Assembly (NCBI GenBank): GCA_009777055.1
Contig: WRMQ01000001.1
Location: 11,141-75,140 of the forward strand
From: Oscillospiraceae bacterium
Lineage (GTDB): Bacteria > Bacillota > Clostridia > Oscillospirales > Acutalibacteraceae
Length of the DNA: 64,000 nt
Direction of reading: 5' to 3'
The position numbers and the translations under genes are program-made. Positions 7,435 through 14,887 of this stretch are shown one piece after another (within the stretch, counting starts at the first letter, position 1; each line of letters begins with the position of its first letter). Under the pieces are notes generated by a model. The model searched no databases. It saw only the letters and a program-made list of their open reading frames with translations, and had not been told where the DNA came from.

Positions 7435-9441
7435 ATGTTGCAGCGTATCATCGGTTGGATTTTATCCGCCCTGTTGTCGTTTTTGCCGCTGTTCGGCCTT
7501 TCCGGCGCGCCCGCGGGGCGGCCCGAGGCCATCAGCTCCGTGCACCGCCTGCGCGCGGCGGCCATCCACGAGACGGCCAAGGCGAAAACAGGCAGAGCCT
7601 TTCAGATTCAGGCGGAGGATCCCATCCTGATCTCTACGCCGCAGCAGCTGGATGATATCCGCGGCAACCTCAGCGGAAGCTACCGGCTCACTAAGAATAT
7701 CAGCCTGAAGCTCTTTGGGGACTTCGAGCCCATCGGTACCCCGGAGCAGCCCTTTACCGGTACCCTGGACGGCAACGGCTTTGCCATCCAGAGCCTTGCG
7801 GTGAATATCACCGCGGACTATCTGGGCCTGGACGACGTGGTATGCGCGGGCCTTTTCGGCGTGAACGAGGGCACACTGACCGATATCTGGCTGGAAAACT
7901 GCGAGATCACCGTGGAGGTGCTCGACGCGGCTCTGCCCGGCATGGAGGAAACGGCCGCCAGCGTATACGCGGGCGGGGTGACGGGCTTCAACGGGGGCAC
8001 CATCGACGGCTGCTATGTCAGCGGCAGCGTGACGGTCCTGGATGCCGGCACGGGCGCCCATTCCGGCGAATACTTCGCGGGGGGCGTTGTGGGATACCAG
8101 TATAACCATATGGGCACCGGCATCTGGAACGCCTATAACGCGGCGGCGGTGGTTATAGAGGGCACGAGGGCGAACAACAGCTGCGGCGGCGGCATCGCTG
8201 GCTATGTCACCAACGGCACCGACATCGTCGGAAGCAGCTACCACTTCCGCGGGTGCGTCAACGCCGGCGGGGTGTCGGTGCGCTCCCACAGCGCCGAAGC
8301 CTCCGCGGTGGGCGCTCTGGCGGGCGGCATTGCCGGCTTCAACGAAACCGGCGGCGGCATGGAGCAGTGCGCGAACTTCGGCCCTGTGTTTTCTGTGTCC
8401 GCCCTGGGCAGCGCCTATTCCGGCGGCATCGCCGGCTATCTGGTGAGCGCGCCCTTCTTCAATGACTGCGTGAATTTCGGCGGGATCACCGCCGAATCCA
8501 GCGCCGTGAACGCTTCCCGCGCCGCTAACGCGGGCGGCCTCATCGGCAGTTGTTTTGAGATCGCCTCCATCGCCTCCTGTTACTCCACCGGCCCGGTGAG
8601 CGGCTCCGGCGCGGGTACGGCGCGCGTCGGCGGCGGAATCGGCCGTGTCGGCGCCTTCTCCTCTATTTTCGACTGTTACTACCTGGAAAGCGCCGCCGCC
8701 GAGGGCATCGGCTCCATTCCCTTGTCCAGCACCGGCACCGTTGACCCCGTCGCCCTGGGCGACCTGGAAAGCATCGGTACCTTCCTGGGCTTCGATATGC
8801 TGATGGTCTGGGAGATGAAGCTCGTTCAGGGCGCGGAGGGTCTGGGAATCACGGCCTATCTCCGCCATATGCCGCAGCCGCGGGGCGAGGCCGGGCCCGA
8901 GCCAAGCGGGCAGCCCAAATTGTATGGCAACAACGTTGTGGGCGTCCATATTGACCATGCCAGAAAGCTGCTCCTCGGCGTGCCGGACCGAACGGAGGAG
9001 GCGGGGCTTTACGCGGCGGACTTCTCCCTCACGGCGGGCAAATGCCTGTGGATCGACGACGTGGGCTCGCTGGAGGTCACGCTCAACGAGAACGCCGATT
9101 ATGTGGGCACGGGCGCGGTGGTCACCCTGCTGGCCTACGACGGCACCCCGCTGGGGGAATATACCGTCGTCGTTTTTGGCGACTGCACGGGCGACGGCCT
9201 CATCAACGAGGACGACGCCGACCTGTGCGGGGAAAACCTCTATCGCCGCTTTATGATGGAGGAGGTGGAGATAGAGCCCTGGATGTACGCGCTGATGCTC
9301 AACGGCGACCCCTATTCCTTCATCAGCCGGGAATACCGCTACAGCATCCTGCGGCACTTCCACGATACCGGCAGAATCCACAACGGGGCGCTGGCCTACA
9401 CGCTCAGCGAGTGGCTGCGGGTTATCCCGGTCCAGGCCTGA
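7435..9441 (+). CDS. Secreted GLUG-motif repeat protein with a C-terminal dockerin/EF-hand-like loop
   Basis: Signal peptide. Repeated motifs GGVTGFNGGTIDGCYVSGSV, AGGVVGY, GGGIAGYVTNG, AGGIAGFNETGG and SGGIAGYL (GLUG-like). Near the C-terminus there is GDCTGDGLINEDDADL. Confidence 0.7.
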   Translation: MLQRIIGWILSALLSFLPLFGLSGAPAGRPEAISSVHRLRAAAIHETAKAKTGRAFQIQAEDPILISTPQQLDDIRGNLSGSYRLTKNISLKLFGDFEPIGTPEQPFTGTLDGNGFAIQSLAVNITADYLGLDDVVCAGLFGVNEGTLTDIWLENCEITVEVLDAALPGMEETAASVYAGGVTGFNGGTIDGCYVSGSVTVLDAGTGAHSGEYFAGGVVGYQYNHMGTGIWNAYNAAAVVIEGTRANNSCGGGIAGYVTNGTDIVGSSYHFRGCVNAGGVSVRSHSAEASAVGALAGGIAGFNETGGGMEQCANFGPVFSVSALGSAYSGGIAGYLVSAPFFNDCVNFGGITAESSAVNASRAANAGGLIGSCFEIASIASCYSTGPVSGSGAGTARVGGGIGRVGAFSSIFDCYYLESAAAEGIGSIPLSSTGTVDPVALGDLESIGTFLGFDMLMVWEMKLVQGAEGLGITAYLRHMPQPRGEAGPEPSGQPKLYGNNVVGVHIDHARKLLLGVPDRTEEAGLYAADFSLTAGKCLWIDDVGSLEVTLNENADYVGTGAVVTLLAYDGTPLGEYTVVVFGDCTGDGLINEDDADLCGENLYRRFMMEEVEIEPWMYALMLNGDPYSFISREYRYSILRHFHDTGRIHNGALAYTLSEWLRVIPVQA

Positions 9442-9472
9442 AGCGAGATTCGTTTTTCAAATTAAAACAAAA

Positions 9473-9510
9473 AATCAGGAGGCGGCGCTTGTCCGGCTCC
9501 TGATTTTTTC
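9473..9510. terminator. Bidirectional rho-independent terminator
   Basis: AATCAGGAG ... CTCCTGATT stem, flanked by an A-run upstream and a T-run downstream. It lies between convergent genes. Confidence 0.7.
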
Positions 9511-9534
9511 GTTTGCGTTGGTGTTTCGCAGGGC

Positions 9535-9705
9535 TTACCCAACGGGCAGCACCGCGAACAGATCACTGAAAAAGTTGATCACGAAGGCAAAGGCGCTGAT
9601 AATCGGCGCCAGAAGATCGTAGACAAAGGTGTTTTTCTCGGTGATCCAGCCAAAGGTCGCGAAAAGATCGCTGAAGATGCCAAGTACTACTTGAATCAGT
9701 TCCAT
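9535..9705 (-). CDS. Small hydrophobic, acidic protein (56 aa)
   Basis: Too short for the ORF track. AAAGGAG lies 7 nt upstream of the ATG. Product is MELIQVVLGIFSDLFATFGWITEKNTFVYDLLAPIISAFAFVINFFSDLFAVLPVG. Confidence 0.5.
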   Translation of the reverse strand: MELIQVVLGIFSDLFATFGWITEKNTFVYDLLAPIISAFAFVINFFSDLFAVLPVG

Positions 9706-9740
9706 ATCCGGGCTCCTTTCATTTGTTGTTTGTTCTTTTA

Positions 9741-9899
9741 GATTTTCTTGCGAAATGGGTGCTTTTTACCAGCGGGCGCACACAGTGCGCCCCTACTATG
9801 AATTCTGCCTCAATTCGATATCAGCCCATCGCGAAGGATCATCGTAGGGGCGCACTGTGTGCGCCCGTTGGCAACCAATATCAATTTCGCAAGAGATCT
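9741..9899. repeat. REPIN-like inverted doublet (GTAGGGG + hairpin)
   Basis: Perfect 23-nt inverted arms: GGGCGCACACAGTGCGCCCCTAC (9774-9796) and GTAGGGGCGCACTGTGTGCGCCC (9844-9866). Imperfect complementarity extends to about 55 nt per arm. Confidence 0.7.
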
Positions 9900-10125
9900 T
9901 TTGTTTTCTTTTATTTTGCTGTGTTTTTATGATCTTATAAATTATAGCAAGCCCGGCGAAAAAGTCAATAGGGAAACGCCAAATTTGCCAAATATTCCTG
10001 AAACTGCCAGGATCAGCCCGAAAAAAGACCAGATTCTACTTTTTAGCCGATTATTCTCTTGACATTGCCCCGGAAGCTTGCTATGCTATAATAGAATAAT
10101 GTGTACATAACGAAAGGTGCGAAAT

Positions 10126-11067
10126 ATGGTATTGGAATGCTTCCGGTCCGCCAACAGCGACGCCTGTGCCCTCACGCTGCGCGACAGGCTCGGCGAGGCG
10201 GATATCCAATGGAATGTGCAGCTGAAAAGTCCGGCCCATATGGTGCTGGCGTTTATGAACGAGGATTGCGGCGAGCTGCTGGCCGAGGAGGAGGACCTGC
10301 GGCGGGTGCAGCAGCTCTATTGGCGCGAAAGCTTTGGAAAGGCGAGCCTGCGCCCGCTGCGGGAGCTCGTGGAGCATGTGCTGCTGTGCAAGCAGGAGAA
10401 GGGCTTTGACCCGATTGTGCGCCTGGCGGCCTACACCTTCGCTGAGGGCCTCTTCGACGTGGACCGGCTGACCCGCTACACGGAAAAAGCCACCCTGGAG
10501 ACCTCGGTGCGGGGCGCCGCCGCCATGGAGAGCATGATGGGCTCCTGGTCGGCGCTGCTGGAGGCCCGCAGCGCCGCCGCCTTGCCGGGGGACCGCGCCG
10601 GGCTCTTCGAAGCCCTGCTGGCCGACGCCGCGGAAAAGCTTTACCCCTTCGAGCTGAGCTTTTGCCAGGAATACTCCTCCCTGACGCACCTGCTCAAGGC
10701 CTTTGTTATCGAGATGATACGTGGCCGCGTGCTGCTCAAGCGCTGCCTGAGCTGTGGGCGCTGTTTTCTTTCCGCCGAAAGCGTGGAGGGCTACTGCGGC
10801 GGGCCCTGTCCCGCGCATCCGGAGATCAGCTGCCGGGAGGCCTGCGGCGCCCCCGCCGCGCCCCTGGTTGAGCTCAGCGACGAGATCGCGCGGCTCTATA
10901 AGCAGATATACAACGTAAAGGCCAACCGCGCCAAGCGAAGCCGCGAAGCGGTGTTCCAGAAGGAGCTGGCGGAATTCAAGGAGGACGCGCAGCGGTGGCG
11001 GCTGCGCCTGCGCAGCGGCGCCGCTACCCAGCGGGAATATCACGACTGGCTGAAGGCAAAGCGATAA
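10126..11067 (+). CDS. Hypothetical protein with a Cys-rich segment
   Basis: ATG 10126 is preceded by GAAAGGTG. An upstream promoter-like TTGACA-17-TATGCT lies at 10059-10087. Cys cluster: CLSCGRCF...YCGGPCPAHPEISCREAC. No family recognised. Confidence 0.6.
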   Translation: MVLECFRSANSDACALTLRDRLGEADIQWNVQLKSPAHMVLAFMNEDCGELLAEEEDLRRVQQLYWRESFGKASLRPLRELVEHVLLCKQEKGFDPIVRLAAYTFAEGLFDVDRLTRYTEKATLETSVRGAAAMESMMGSWSALLEARSAAALPGDRAGLFEALLADAAEKLYPFELSFCQEYSSLTHLLKAFVIEMIRGRVLLKRCLSCGRCFLSAESVEGYCGGPCPAHPEISCREACGAPAAPLVELSDEIARLYKQIYNVKANRAKRSREAVFQKELAEFKEDAQRWRLRLRSGAATQREYHDWLKAKR

Positions 11068-11140
11068 ATCACAAATCAAATAAATCAAATAAATAAATCA
11101 AAGAACTCAAATAAATCAAATAGCCCAAATAAATCAATCC

Positions 11141-11169
11141 TTGACATAGCCGCGTTTTCGCGGTAGAAT
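11141..11169 (+). promoter_or_regulatory. Sigma-70-type promoter with overlapping palindromes
   Basis: TTGACA, a 17-nt spacer and TAGAAT. The spacer contains CCGCG-tttt-CGCGG. GACATAGC/GCTATGTC flank the promoter. Four AAATAAATCA copies lie upstream. Confidence 0.6.
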
Positions 11170-11211
11170 AGCTATGTCCAAAATATCAAATACAAAAAAA
11201 CGGAGGCTGCT

Positions 11212-11772
11212 ATGGTAATCGCTGCGGTTGGCAAAAACGGAACCGGCAAGGACTTCTTTCTGGAGTATATCGCGAAAAAATATGATCTGCCCATGACGTC
11301 TATCGGCGACATTGTGCGGGAGCTGGCGGCCGGGGACGGCCTGGAGCTCAGCCGCGAAAATCTGCACAAGACCTCGCGGAAATATATGGACGCGTTTGGG
11401 CAGACCTTCTTTCCCGAGCAGATCGTGAAAAAAATCCGCGAAAGCGGCGCGCCGGTCTACCTGGTCAGCGGTGTACGCCCGCTTTCTGACGTGATGTTCC
11501 TCAAGGAGCAGTTCGGCGATGAGTTCCTGCTGGTGGATATCGTTATCAGCGACGACGATGTACGCTACGCCCGGATGCTGGCGCGGGGCTCCGACCGGGA
11601 CGGCGGCAGCGTGGAAAAGCTGCGGGAATACGACGCGGGCGAGGAGAAGATTTTTCACACCTCCGAAAGCGAGAAGCTGGCGGATATCACGATTTTCAAC
11701 GACGGCGGCGTGGAGGATTTCCACGCGGCCATCGAAAGCTTTTATGAAAAATATATCGTTGGGACCAAATAA
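11212..11772 (+). CDS. P-loop nucleotide/nucleoside kinase-like protein
   Basis: N-terminal Walker A in MVIAAVGKNGTGKD. Size and layout match small AAA/dNMP-kinase-like proteins. Confidence 0.6.
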   Translation: MVIAAVGKNGTGKDFFLEYIAKKYDLPMTSIGDIVRELAAGDGLELSRENLHKTSRKYMDAFGQTFFPEQIVKKIRESGAPVYLVSGVRPLSDVMFLKEQFGDEFLLVDIVISDDDVRYARMLARGSDRDGGSVEKLREYDAGEEKIFHTSESEKLADITIFNDGGVEDFHAAIESFYEKYIVGTK

Positions 11773-13070
11773 TGTTGGATAATATGCAAAACCTGAACCC
11801 CGAGCGCGCCGTATTGGCCGCCGTGGATACCGGCGCCTATGACGCTGAGGAGTCCCTGGAGGAGCTTTCCGAGCTCGCGCGCACGGCGGGGGCCGAGGTG
11901 GTCTTTACCGTGGTGCAAAAGCGCGGCGCGCCCGACCGCGCGGGCTATCTGGGCGCGGGCAAGCTGGAGGAGCTCAAGGAGCTCTGCGGGGCGCAGGAGG
12001 CCAACCTCCTTGTCTGCGACGACGAGCTCAGCCCCAGCCAGCTGCGCTTTTTGGTGGACCAGCTGAACCCCGATCACAAGCTGAACCCCGAGGACAAGCT
12101 GAATATCCGGGTGATCGACCGCACCATGCTGATCCTCGACATCTTTGCCGCGCGGGCAAAGAGCAGCGAGGGCAAGCTTCAGGTGGAGCTTGCCCAGCTC
12201 AAGTATAACCTGCCGCGGCTGCGCGGGCAGTGGATGGGGCTTTCGCGGCAGGGCGGCGGCATCGGCACCCGGGGCCCCGGCGAAACGAACCTGGAAACTG
12301 ACCGCCGCGTCATGCGCGCGCGCATCCGCCGCCTGGAGGAGGACCTGGAAAGGCTGCGCCGGCGGCGGGAGCTGCAGCGGGCGCGGCGGCGTAAGAACGG
12401 CGTGGAGTCCGTGGCGATCGTGGGCTACACCAATGTGGGAAAATCTACGCTGATGAACGCGCTCACCGACGCGGGTGTGCTGGCCGAGGACAAGCTCTTC
12501 GCTACGCTGGACCCCACGGCCCGGGCGCTGCGCCTTCCCGACGGCCGGGAGGTCATGCTCATCGACACCGTAGGCCTCGTGCGACGCCTGCCCCACCATC
12601 TGGTGGAGGCCTTCCACTCCACCCTGGAGGAGGCCCTCAACGCCGCGCTGATTTTGAATGTCTGCGACATCTCGCACCCCGAATGCGCCGAGCAGATGCG
12701 CGTGACCACCGAGCTGCTGCACCAATTGGGCTGCGACGAGGCGGGGATTCCCGTGCTGCACGTGCTCAACAAATGCGATCTCGTCCCCCCCGAGGTGCTG
12801 TCGATGCCCGTTATCGGCGGGGGCGTGCATGTTTCCGCCCTGGAAAACCGGGGGCTGGAGGAGCTGCTCGTCAAAATTTCCGCGCTGCTGCCCCCCGGCA
12901 GGCGGCGGGTCAGCTTGCTGCTGCCCTATGCCCTTTCCGGCCAAAGCGCGCGTATCCGCGCCGAGGGCGCCCTGGAGCTCGAGGAGTTCCGCATGAACGG
13001 CCTCTATATCGAAGCCGTGCTGCCCTTCCGGATGATCGAGGAGCTGGGGGAATATGTGATAAGAGATTGA
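11772..13070 (+). CDS. hflX: GTPase HflX
   Basis: HflX N-domain (DRTMLILDIFAARAKSSEGKLQVELAQLKYNLPRL, GPGETNLETDRR) and G1 motif VAIVGYTNVGKSTLMNALT. Confidence 0.9.
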   Translation: MLDNMQNLNPERAVLAAVDTGAYDAEESLEELSELARTAGAEVVFTVVQKRGAPDRAGYLGAGKLEELKELCGAQEANLLVCDDELSPSQLRFLVDQLNPDHKLNPEDKLNIRVIDRTMLILDIFAARAKSSEGKLQVELAQLKYNLPRLRGQWMGLSRQGGGIGTRGPGETNLETDRRVMRARIRRLEEDLERLRRRRELQRARRRKNGVESVAIVGYTNVGKSTLMNALTDAGVLAEDKLFATLDPTARALRLPDGREVMLIDTVGLVRRLPHHLVEAFHSTLEEALNAALILNVCDISHPECAEQMRVTTELLHQLGCDEAGIPVLHVLNKCDLVPPEVLSMPVIGGGVHVSALENRGLEELLVKISALLPPGRRRVSLLLPYALSGQSARIRAEGALELEEFRMNGLYIEAVLPFRMIEELGEYVIRD

Positions 13071-13114
13071 GCCGGGAATGGCCTTGCGCTTCGTGATTTA
13101 CCCGGCGCGGGGAA

Positions 13115-13444
13115 TCACAGCAGAGCCCGTACGGCCTCCACAATTTCGTCTTTTCCCGTGACGCCGACGCTGCGCCAGCGGGCCTGTCCGCCCCGCGCCG
13201 CAACAATCGTCGGGATGCTCATCACGCCATAGGAGGCGGCCAGCTCCGGCTGCGCCTCAATATCCACCTTATAAAACGCCGCCTGCCCGCCCAGCGCCGC
13301 CTCGGCCTGGGCAAACAGCGGCCCCTGAATCCGGCACGGGCCGCACCAGTCCGCGTAAAAATCCAGCACAACCGGCATTTTGTCCGATTGCAGCATGGTC
13401 TCGAGTTCCTTCGTCAGCTCTTTTGTCAACAGCTTCATTGTCAT
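13115..13444 (-). CDS. trxA: Thioredoxin
   Basis: WCGPC active site, 109 aa. Confidence 0.9.
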   Translation of the reverse strand: MTMKLLTKELTKELETMLQSDKMPVVLDFYADWCGPCRIQGPLFAQAEAALGGQAAFYKVDIEAQPELAASYGVMSIPTIVAARGGQARWRSVGVTGKDEIVEAVRALL

Positions 13445-13507
13445 TTGCCTCCTGCTATTTATTTTGTCTTTTATTTATATTCGATAGATATTTATTTTGA
13501 TAGATAT

Positions 13508-14887
13508 TCATCTATGCGCCGCCGCCAGCCATATCGCGCACTCCATCCGCTTGCGGAACAGCTCGCAGCCCTCCTCGTGCAGCCCGTGGATCGAACCGCC
13601 CGCGTGGTACGCGTTGGCCGCGCAGCCGCCGGAGCAGTAGAACCGCGCCCAGCACGCCCGGCATTCCGGGCGGGAAAACAACGTGCAGCGGCGAAATTCA
13701 TCGCAAATTTCGGGCCTGGTGACGCCTTTCCACACGTTGCCCAGACGAAAAGCCTCCTCCCCCACAAACTGGTGGCAGGGATACAGCTCTCCCGCCGGGG
13801 TGACGGCCAGGTACTCCGTGCCGGAGCCGCAGCCGGTGACGCGCTTATACAAGCAGGGCCCGTGGGAGAGATCCAGCATATAATGATAAAAATCGAAGCT
13901 CTCCCTGGTACCCCGCCGCCGGGCCATTTCCAGGGCAAGGGCCTCGTATTCTTTTTTGACGAGCTCCAGGTCGCCGGCGCGCAGGGCGTGGGGGCTGTCC
14001 GGGTCGCAGACCACGGGCTCCATCGAAAGCGAGCGGAAGCCCAGCGCCGCCATGTGATACAGATCTTTTGTGAAATCGGGATTCGCGTGGGTAAAGGTTC
14101 CGCGCATATAATATGACTTCAGATGATGGGGGCTGCGCTCCCGCTGTTCCGCGAAGCGCTGGAATTTCGGTACGACAACATCGTAGCTGCCGCGGCCCAG
14201 GGTGTCCCGGCGCAGGGCGTCGTGGATCTCCCGCCTGCCGTCCAGGCTCAGCACCACGTTGGACATTTCCCGGTTGCAGAATGCCGTGACCTCGTCGTCT
14301 AATAGCATACCGTTCGTCGTCAGCGTGAAGCGAAAAATTTTGCCTGTCTCCCGCTCCTGCTCCCGGGCGTAACCGACCAGGGCTTTGACAACCTCCCAGT
14401 TCATCAGGGGCTCGCCGCCGAAGAAATCCACCTCCAGGTTTTTGCGCGTTCCGGAATGGGCAATGAGGAAATCCAGGGCCTGCCTGCCCACCTCGAAGGG
14501 CATGAGCGCCGCTGCGCCGTGATATCTCCCGGCCTTCGCGAAGCAATAGTCACAGGTAAGATTGCAGCTGTGGGAAACGTGCAGGCACAGCGCCTTCACA
14601 ATTCCGCGATTGCGCTCCCGGGTACGCGCCGCCAGGGCTTCATAGTCTTCCCCCGGGGAAAAAAGCCTGCCCGCCGCGATCAGCGCCTCAATATCGGCAA
14701 AGAGCTGATTCAGCTCTTCCTCCGTGACAGAAAATCTTTCTTTTAATATGCTCTTATTTAATTGAGAATTGAGAATTGAGAATTGAGAATTGATCACGGC
14801 GTAGGCCAGGGGGTCAACAACATGCACTGACCCGCTGTTGATGTCCAGTATGATGTTTTTTCCGTGCAATTGATAGGCGTGTATCAC
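13508..14887 (-). CDS. ScfB/CteB-type SPASM radical SAM enzyme (SCIFF-maturase-like)
   Basis: The N-terminus (M)IHAYQLHGKNIILDINSGSVHVVD matches the ScfB/CteB N-terminal domain. Further matches: CLHVSHSCNLTCDYCFA, LEVDFFGGEPLMNW, FRFTLTTNGMLL, GCGSGTEYLAVTPAGELYPCHQFVG, CWARFYCSGGCAANAY. The GTG start overlaps the sulfatase stop (GTGA). Confidence 0.8.
   Translation of the reverse strand: MIHAYQLHGKNIILDINSGSVHVVDPLAYAVINSQFSILNSQLNKSILKERFSVTEEELNQLFADIEALIAAGRLFSPGEDYEALAARTRERNRGIVKALCLHVSHSCNLTCDYCFAKAGRYHGAAALMPFEVGRQALDFLIAHSGTRKNLEVDFFGGEPLMNWEVVKALVGYAREQERETGKIFRFTLTTNGMLLDDEVTAFCNREMSNVVLSLDGRREIHDALRRDTLGRGSYDVVVPKFQRFAEQRERSPHHLKSYYMRGTFTHANPDFTKDLYHMAALGFRSLSMEPVVCDPDSPHALRAGDLELVKKEYEALALEMARRRGTRESFDFYHYMLDLSHGPCLYKRVTGCGSGTEYLAVTPAGELYPCHQFVGEEAFRLGNVWKGVTRPEICDEFRRCTLFSRPECRACWARFYCSGGCAANAYHAGGSIHGLHEEGCELFRKRMECAIWLAAAHR
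14761..14795. repeat. Heptanucleotide tandem array (ATTGAGA x4 + ATTGATC) inside the scfB-like CDS
   Basis: Plus strand reads attgaga attgaga attgaga attgaga attgatc. On the coding strand this encodes VINSQFSILNSQL. Confidence 0.9.

Noticed and set aside
9150-9260. Dockerin module at the C-terminus of the GLUG protein.
   Set aside because: Only one Ca-binding-loop-like segment (DCTGDGLINEDD) is visible, whereas dockerins have two. It is noted as dockerin/EF-hand-like only.
7462-9381. 639-aa ORF antisense to the GLUG protein gene. Similar long antisense or shadow ORFs occur at 10081..11088, 11742..12944, 14923..16650, 19819..21696, 22879..24114, 24645..26129, 37912..39210, 43443..45302, 45614..46810, 47591..49075, 50913..52262 and 59047..60933.
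   Set aside because: These are typical stop-poor shadow frames of high-GC coding DNA. The products are Arg/Ala/Gly/His-rich with no recognisable motifs or RBS. In every case the opposite strand encodes a protein with clear family signatures.
9723-10062. ORFs 9723..9932 and 9859..10062.
   Set aside because: They span the REPIN-like inverted repeat and AT-rich promoter region. There is no RBS, and their sequences are dictated by the palindrome.
14761-14795. Heptamer arrays (also at 34208, 41446 and 47573) as CRISPR arrays or minisatellite artefacts.
   Set aside because: The units are 7 nt with no spacers, and no cas genes are present. They are reported as tandem repeats instead.
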